Origin: an uncultured Thermoprotei archaeon
GTDB taxonomy: Archaea > Thermoproteota > Thermoprotei > Thermofilales > B15-G2
NCBI GenBank assembly: GCA_965367815.1
Contig: CBDUKN010000032.1
Location: 1 to 11,740, forward strand
Direction of reading: 5' to 3'
Length of the DNA: 11,740 nucleotides
Positions 1-5,406 of the stretch are shown one piece after another. Within the stretch, counting starts at the first letter, position 1. Every line of letters starts with the position of its first letter. The notes under the pieces are model-generated. The model had not been told where the DNA came from. It saw only the letters and a program-made list of their open reading frames with translations, and searched no databases. The position numbers were made by a program, and so were the translations under genes.

Positions 1-69
1 ATGATACGGCGACCACCGAGATCTACACCGTCTAATTCGTCGGCAGCGTCAGATGTGTATAAGAGACAG
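1..69 (+). other. Illumina Nextera adapter contamination (P5 + i5 index + Read 1 + Tn5 mosaic end); not genomic
   Basis: 1-28 ATGATACGGCGACCACCGAGATCTACAC (P5 lacking its first A); 29-36 CGTCTAAT (8-nt i5, as I recall S510); 37-50 TCGTCGGCAGCGTC; 51-69 AGATGTGTATAAGAGACAG (19-bp mosaic end). Confidence 0.99.
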
Positions 70-85
70 ACTTTATGCAATATAC

Positions 86-104
86 TTAAATATGCTTAAG
101 CATA
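86..104 (+). promoter_or_regulatory. Putative TATA box with overlapping palindromic operator of the vapBC operon
   Basis: TTAAATA at 86-92 runs into a perfect 14-bp palindrome TATGCTTAAGCATA (91-104), upstream of the antitoxin ATG at 124. Confidence 0.6.
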
Positions 105-123
105 AGAAATTCTGGATGCCTTT

Positions 124-366
124 ATGCCTAAACGTACAACTGTAATACTTGAAGATGATATCTACGAAAAACTTATTCAAGAAAGCATCAGGAGATATGG
201 CACTGCAAAAGCTTTATCAAAAGTACTAAACGAGCTACTTAGGGAAAAACTTAGTGCTCGCCACGAACTGCTTCAGCTCATATACTCCGATAAGCTTGTC
301 GAAATAAGTTTAGAAGAATTTGAAAAATTCCGCAGAGAGCTGAGCAAGAGGCTTGAAGAACGATGA
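124..366 (+). CDS. vapB: Antitoxin, ribbon-helix-helix/CopG-like (VapB-type)
   Basis: 80 aa; N-terminal RTTVILEDDIYEKL...ALSKVLNELLRE has the strand-helix-helix pattern; charged C-terminus; stop overlaps the PIN gene start (ATGA, 363-366). Confidence 0.85.
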   Translation: MPKRTTVILEDDIYEKLIQESIRRYGTAKALSKVLNELLREKLSARHELLQLIYSDKLVEISLEEFEKFRRELSKRLEER

Positions 367-803
367 TAATAGATACAACTTATCTACTTCCACTAGCGAG
401 AATAAGTATTAATACGGATTTACTCAAAGCTATAGCTGAAAAAAGGCTTAAAGTAAAAATAAGTTTCAGTGACCTAAAAGTGAGTTTAATTTCACTATTT
501 GAACTTCAGGCTAAAGCGTCTAAACTAAATATTCCACCAGAGTACGTGTCGAAAGCTATAGACGTAATATTAAGGAATTTTACTGTAGTGCCATTTTATC
601 AAAACAAAATAATTAGTAAAGCTCATGAACTCCGCAGAATTATAGACGACTATATAGATTGCATTATAGTAGCGACAGCAGTAGTTCTTAAAGAAGACTT
701 AGCTACAGAAGATAGAACTATATTATCTGTGAAAAACTTCATTAAGAAAAAATATAATATAAAAGTAGTAAAATATAAAGATATTGCTTTACCTAAATCA
801 TAA
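363..803 (+). CDS. vapC: PIN-domain ribonuclease toxin (VapC family)
   Basis: 146 aa; PIN acidic motifs IIDTTYLL, SLFEL, DYIDCIIVATA, LATED; translationally coupled to the upstream small gene. Confidence 0.92.
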   Translation: MIIDTTYLLPLARISINTDLLKAIAEKRLKVKISFSDLKVSLISLFELQAKASKLNIPPEYVSKAIDVILRNFTVVPFYQNKIISKAHELRRIIDDYIDCIIVATAVVLKEDLATEDRTILSVKNFIKKKYNIKVVKYKDIALPKS

Positions 804-1032
804 CCAAAAATTCATAATTTAGATTAATTCTTCTCTAACTAATATAGGATAGTAATTTTAATTAATCTAAGACAAACTTACAGTCATATATATTTCTCTC
901 CGCCAATATTAACAGTACGACGAATATAATTTTGGCAAAGTATATTTTAGTTAATTTTTGTTTCTAAATAAAGATAATTGCATAAATTAGCAATTTTGAG
1001 AGAAACTTTATCTACTAAATTGTTGTTAGCGT

Positions 1033-1320
1033 ATGTCTTCAGCAGCGGCTGCTCAGGCTTCAGTTGTACTAGGTCCTATTATCGTAGTTGACTGCGAAAA
1101 TTTCATCAAAGTACTTTCAATTGAGGAAAATCTTCTGTTAATTGAAGTAGAGGTAAAAGAGGGAGTATTCTCTAAGAAAGCAAAGTATGTCTATGTGACG
1201 TCGATTAAAGGCCTAGTTTTTATGGTTAAAACAGAAAGTAGGATAGACTATAAGAATGCGATAATAGTAAAAGGCAAGAAACTAGTTTTACCTCAGTTTG
1301 TACGAAGTGCTTTGGGGTAA
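1033..1320 (+). CDS. Hypothetical protein with Ala-rich N-terminus
   Basis: 95-aa ORF with normal codon use; AGAAAC-TTTATCTA (BRE/TATA-like, 1001-1014) begins its TATA element 26 nt before the ATG; no recognisable functional motif. Confidence 0.75.
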   Translation: MSSAAAAQASVVLGPIIVVDCENFIKVLSIEENLLLIEVEVKEGVFSKKAKYVYVTSIKGLVFMVKTESRIDYKNAIIVKGKKLVLPQFVRSALG

Positions 1321-1507
1321 TTCAAGTAGTTTTACCTTAATCTATTCAAGACCTTAGCTATTTTATTAAATTCTTAAGGATAGTTTCTGCCGTAAAAAAG
1401 ATAAAGAGCATAGAAGAGCTTTTAACATAATATGCTATAATTATCATTAAAGCGAACATTGACTAGAAAATTATGTTATAGAAAAATGAGCGATAAAATA
1501 AAATAAT

Positions 1508-2476
1508 TTATTTTCCAAATAGTTTATTTATCATGGGTAGCAACGATTCAAGTCTGAAAAACACGTACCCTTTTAGCCCTACTCTCTCAGCTACTCGCAT
1601 ATAGTCTACTACATCCTCAGGCCTTTCTAAGAAACCGTGGCTTGTTTTAATACCTATGCATATATACGCTGGTATATTCTTCGCTATAGTTAAAGCGTCT
1701 ATACATAGTCGTTTAAAAAGATCTAGCGAATATACATAGCCTGTCGGAATAACGAAATCGAGAAGCCCCGATCTAACCCACTTAGGCCAATCTTGGGCGA
1801 CAACATATCTTGAAGTACTTGTCCAAACATAAGCAGAAAGTTTAAGACCTCTACTTCTAACAAGCTTGCCTGCTTGCTTTACGAAAGCTGTAATATTTTC
1901 GCAGTGAAATTCTTCCCATTTATACCATAAATCACTAGGATACTTTATTTCCAATGGGTCAACGCCGTATTCTTCAGCAAATTTTTTCCTACAGTTTTCG
2001 CAGTAACATAAGCCTCCTGGAGTCCTTACATAATCCAGACTTATACCGTCTACTTCATAATTATCAATAATTTCCCTTATTACATCAATCATGTAATTTC
2101 TCGCCTCGGTATTCGATGGACAAATATAGCCTCTGACTTCACCCTCAATACTCTTAAATGCCCAGTCAGCATGCCTTTTTAAAATAGGTCCAAGCTCTGC
2201 TCCCCCTTCAGAGTACACACATACCCAAGGATATACCTTAATACTATATTCTCGCCCAAGTCTTGAAGTCTCTTTCAATAAGTCTATGTTTTTGTATATT
2301 TTACCTTCTATAAGTTTTGAGCCATAACTTGCCCTAGATCTAGTGTCCTTAGCTAAAGGCAGTATGAAATTAAAATCGTATGTAGACAGCACTTTAAACA
2401 ATTCCTCTAGCTTTTCAATACCCTTATTTGAATCCGGTACGAGATTCACAAAATGTGCATAGACTCCCTTAATCAC
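1508..2476 (-). CDS. Glycoside hydrolase-like family 10 (GHL10/DUF187-type TIM barrel) protein
   Basis: 322 aa, GTG start; motifs IKVYPWV, YICPSNTEARNY, NYEVDGISLDYVR, CYCENC, QDWPKWVRSGLLDFVIPTGY; no signal peptide; TATA-like TTAATATA at 2504-2497. Confidence 0.85.
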   Translation of the reverse strand: MIKGVYAHFVNLVPDSNKGIEKLEELFKVLSTYDFNFILPLAKDTRSRASYGSKLIEGKIYKNIDLLKETSRLGREYSIKVYPWVCVYSEGGAELGPILKRHADWAFKSIEGEVRGYICPSNTEARNYMIDVIREIIDNYEVDGISLDYVRTPGGLCYCENCRKKFAEEYGVDPLEIKYPSDLWYKWEEFHCENITAFVKQAGKLVRSRGLKLSAYVWTSTSRYVVAQDWPKWVRSGLLDFVIPTGYVYSLDLFKRLCIDALTIAKNIPAYICIGIKTSHGFLERPEDVVDYMRVAERVGLKGYVFFRLESLLPMINKLFGK

Positions 2477-2549
2477 AGTGCTACTTTTTCTTAAAAATAT
2501 ATTAACATATCTATTTAAGGTAGTCTGAAAATAAATATTTTAAATTATT

Positions 2550-2900
2550 TTAGTAAAATGGTATAAAATACGGCATAAAAGGATAAAAGGGCATAGGATA
2601 AAAGAACATAGGATATATCCACTGAAACGGATTGAAAAGCATGTAGAAGTAAGGGTTAAACATTAAGTGAATAGGGAGTAGCGTATAATAGTACATCAGC
2701 AGCGGGTTAAAGGATAAGCTCATGAAATAAGGGTTCCAGAAAACATAAGGATCCTGATATGCTGAAGGAGTATAATTTTCTTTTTTAGGAGTAAAGTAAG
2801 GACAAATCGGTGAGCTTGGATCAATTTTCATATTATGTAATTTGCAGTATCCATTGCTGTAGTAAATGCAATCTGAATGTCTTGGATTATAGGTCTGCAC
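2550..2900 (-). CDS. Small protein: putative Cys/His metal-binding head plus low-complexity F/Y/P/M-rich tail (116 aa, re-called GTG start at 2900)
   Basis: In-frame GTG at 2900-2898 lies 30 nt downstream of TTTATA (2930-2925), so the ATG at 2957 in the ORF track probably reads through the promoter. Motif H-x2-C-x7-C-x2-H-x10-C, then an uncharged repetitive tail. Confidence 0.7.
   Translation of the reverse strand: MQTYNPRHSDCIYYSNGYCKLHNMKIDPSSPICPYFTPKKENYTPSAYQDPYVFWNPYFMSLSFNPLLMYYYTLLPIHLMFNPYFYMLFNPFQWIYPMFFYPMPFYPFMPYFIPFY
2581..2615. repeat. Short coding tandem repeat, 15-bp unit, about 2.3 copies
   Basis: GGATAAAAGGGCATA / GGATAAAAGAACATA / GGATA on the + strand; encodes YPMFF-YPMPF-YP on the - strand. 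Confidence 0.65.
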
Positions 2901-2930
2901 ATAATTATGTGCTATAGCACAAAATATAAA
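2897..2930 (-). promoter_or_regulatory. TATA box with two interlocking palindromes running over the start codon
   Basis: TTTATA at 2930-2925; TGTGCTATAGCACA (2908-2921, perfect 14 bp); GCACATAATTATGTGC (2897-2912, perfect 16 bp). Confidence 0.65.
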
Positions 2931-3326
2931 CTTATTGATTAGCCTGAAATAAATCATAAAACACAGTACAGTCTCTAACTATACTAAATCAGGATATTAT
3001 GAAAAACTCTATGACAGCCGCCATAAACATTATTGAAGTATCGCTTCATTTCCGCTAAGACCCTTATTTACAAGTTCTTTATCATCTTTTCTAAATACAA
3101 TCAAGGAGCCACGTAGTACCGAGAATAATATTTTAAGAGCTCATTGTAGGCTTCTATCGGATTAATTTCTCTAATTCTTTTAAACACCGAATATATGTAC
3201 TTTAAAGCACACAAAAATTTGCTAAGATTTTTCCTCTAAGAATAATTGAGTTAAATTTCTTGAAAATGGTTCAAAAGAAGTATTAGAGAAAATGCTTGTA
3301 TATTTGCTACTCAATAGCAGTAAAGG

Positions 3327-4619
3327 CTATAGTTCTCTCTGAAATCTTTTGAGAATCCACTTCCAGAAGGGTATTACATGAATTTGATTACCATTGATTT
3401 TTATCAAGTCTTCTTGATCCCATGTAACTATTGTTAATTTTTTGCACTCTAGTACTTTCGACGCCTTTTGTAGTGCTGATACTTCTCTCTTGAAATTTTC
3501 ATTTACTAGTTCATAAGTTACCTGTATAAGCTGCTTTATGCTATCGTTTTCAACTATAACAAAGTCTACTTCATCTTCTTGTCTACTTCGCCAATAAAAT
3601 ATATTGTTGTTCGGTTCATATCCCTCCTTAACTAATTCGAGGAAAACAGCATTCTCTAGAAGTTTTTCAGGATTCCTTCTGCCTACGGTGTATCTGTAGA
3701 GCCCGTTATCTACTAAGTATACTTTTGGTGTAGTTAGCTCTAGTTTTCTTAAACTTATGTTTGTCAATACGGTTATTTTTCTCAAGAAAAACGCCAACTG
3801 AATATCTTCAAGTATTTTCTGGAAATTATATAGTGTTTTTTTGGCTACTTTTATTCCCCTAGACTTAAGTGTATTAAATACTTTATTTACCGAAAACTGG
3901 CTTGAAAAAGAAGATATTATTGATTTTATGAAAAACTCTAAAACATACCTATTTTTTACGCCATATCTTTCGATGATATCTCTATATATTACGAGATCTA
4001 AGTATTCTCTATAAAATGCTCTGGGCAAAACATTATTTAGTACTATGTCGGGAAATACACCTTTCTCAATATATTCATTTACAATACTCTTTATTTTTGC
4101 TTCTTCATATGAAGAGTAGTACTTTTTCTGCTGAATACCTTTTAGTTTAAATATTTCCTTGAAAGAGAAAGGATATATTTTGATAGGTATTGTTCTCCCT
4201 CTAAGCTGTGTAGCTATTTCTTTTGACAATAGTTTTGAAGAAGACCCTGTTACAAAAATGAAGTACTTTCTCTTTTCGTATAAAGTATAGACTACTTTTT
4301 CCCATTTACTTAGAGCCTGCACTTCATCGAAAAAGATGTACTGTGGCGGTTTGCCGTAGATCTCTTGATGTATTAGCGGCAGCTTTAAGGGATTTTTTAT
4401 TTCAATATAGTCTTCGAAATTAACAAAAAGATAATCTTCGTCTCTAAGCTTTCTAACATTTTTAATAAAATAGTATAGAAAGAATGTTTTTCCTGCTCTT
4501 CGCGGCCCTATAACAGATATAATAAAGTTTTTGTTTTCTTTAATATGTACCAATCTCTCTTTAACATCTATACTCTTAATATCTTCCTTTTTGTCTAGTA
4601 AGTACGTTCTAACATCCAT
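3327..4619 (-). CDS. ATP-binding protein, AAA_14 + DUF4143 (COG1373-type)
   Basis: 430 aa; Walker A GPRRAGKT, Walker B YIFFDEVQ, family motif TGSSSKLLSKEIATQLRGR; C-terminal PKVYLVDNGL, LLENAVF, EVDFV...LIQV. Confidence 0.93.
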   Translation of the reverse strand: MDVRTYLLDKKEDIKSIDVKERLVHIKENKNFIISVIGPRRAGKTFFLYYFIKNVRKLRDEDYLFVNFEDYIEIKNPLKLPLIHQEIYGKPPQYIFFDEVQALSKWEKVVYTLYEKRKYFIFVTGSSSKLLSKEIATQLRGRTIPIKIYPFSFKEIFKLKGIQQKKYYSSYEEAKIKSIVNEYIEKGVFPDIVLNNVLPRAFYREYLDLVIYRDIIERYGVKNRYVLEFFIKSIISSFSSQFSVNKVFNTLKSRGIKVAKKTLYNFQKILEDIQLAFFLRKITVLTNISLRKLELTTPKVYLVDNGLYRYTVGRRNPEKLLENAVFLELVKEGYEPNNNIFYWRSRQEDEVDFVIVENDSIKQLIQVTYELVNENFKREVSALQKASKVLECKKLTIVTWDQEDLIKINGNQIHVIPFWKWILKRFQREL

Positions 4620-4624
4620 TCTTA

Positions 4625-4670
4625 CTCCTATAGGGGAAAACTTTTACATAAATTTTTCTCCCTATAAGAG
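4625..4670 (-). promoter_or_regulatory. Imperfect inverted repeat bracketing the TATA box of the AAA_14 gene
   Basis: Left arm CTCCTATAGGGGAAAA (4625-4640) versus reverse complement of 4653-4670, CTCTTATAGGGAGAAAAA; the minus-strand TTTATGTA (4652-4645) sits in the spacer. Confidence 0.6.
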
Positions 4671-4829
4671 ACATTATGTCAAAGACCATTAGAAGAATAA
4701 AGTCTTTCTACCAATACTAATTATAGTCCTTTTACTAAAACAATTATTGTAAGTTTTCTAACTGCGAGAAGCTGTTTCAATAGAGGAATATTAGTAAAGG
4801 TAAGTAGAACACAGCAGACACTGCTAAGC

Positions 4830-5253
4830 TTAAAGAAGTATTCTGTCTATTCTCTTGAAGGGCTTTTTAAGTCTCTCGTTGGCCCAGGAAAGTACGTCTA
4901 CATGGCCTATATCGTATTGAGCAAACTGAAAAACAGCTTTATTTCCAGTATTAATGGCCTTTCAGTATATTTCAATAGCCTTTTCTCTTTCACCACTACG
5001 CCGAGATATATGTCTTATCCATATATAGCTCTACACAACAAGAGGTTCTTTTGGATTTTCATTTAAGAGCTTTAAAACTCTCTTAAAAGCTTCTTGAACG
5101 CTCTTCTTTACCGTAGGGAGGAAGCTTAAAGCAAATCATTAACTCGCGTAAAGGCTTCTCAAAAACATTGCAGACAATAACTTCCGCAGACCCTGAAATC
5201 TTTCCCTTCTTAAAGTCAAATTCTGCATTAATATCGTACTTACATACAGACAT
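4830..5253 (-). pseudogene. Collapsed pseudogene: M1 metallopeptidase-like N-terminus joined to a TPR-like C-terminus
   Basis: ATG 5253 to TAA 5083 gives MSVCKYDINAEFDFKKGKISGSAEVIVCNVFEKPLRELMICF...; a second frame gives VQEAFKRVLKLLNENPKEPLVV*SYIWIRHISRRSGEREKAIEIY*KAINTGNKAVFQFAQYDIGHVDVLSWANERLKKPFKRIDRILL* with stops at 5033-5031 and 4964-4962; TTTATA at 5280-5275. Confidence 0.6.
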
Positions 5254-5406
5254 AACAGCATATTAAATAAGAAATATAAATGACTATTTTCCGACAGAAA
5301 ATATAAGAGATTATTCTCAGTCCTCTTTTAAAACAAAAATGTATGCAAAAATATAGTTTGTTTAAATTATTATGGTTTTTAGTGAATAGGTTCTAGTTGA
5401 ATAGCA

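Noticed and set aside
819-870. 11-bp inverted repeat TTAGATTAATT / AATTAATCTAA downstream of vapC
   Set aside because: Almost all A/T in a very AT-rich spacer with a 30-nt loop; plausible by chance and no MITE or terminator hallmarks.
1423-1478. 9-bp inverted repeat TAACATAAT / ATTATGTTA between convergent genes
   Set aside because: Short, AT-only-like and widely spaced; not distinguishable from background.
2901-2957. N-terminal 19 codons (MIYFRLINKFIFCAIAHNY) of the track ORF 2550-2957
   Set aside because: Overlaps the TATA box and palindromes; the GTG at 2900 fits the promoter spacing seen for other genes.
2960-3326. Possible gene remnant on the minus strand (e.g. VFKRIREINPIEAYNELLKYYSRYYVAP)
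   Set aside because: Short, interrupted fragments with no motif I recognise; BLASTX would be needed.
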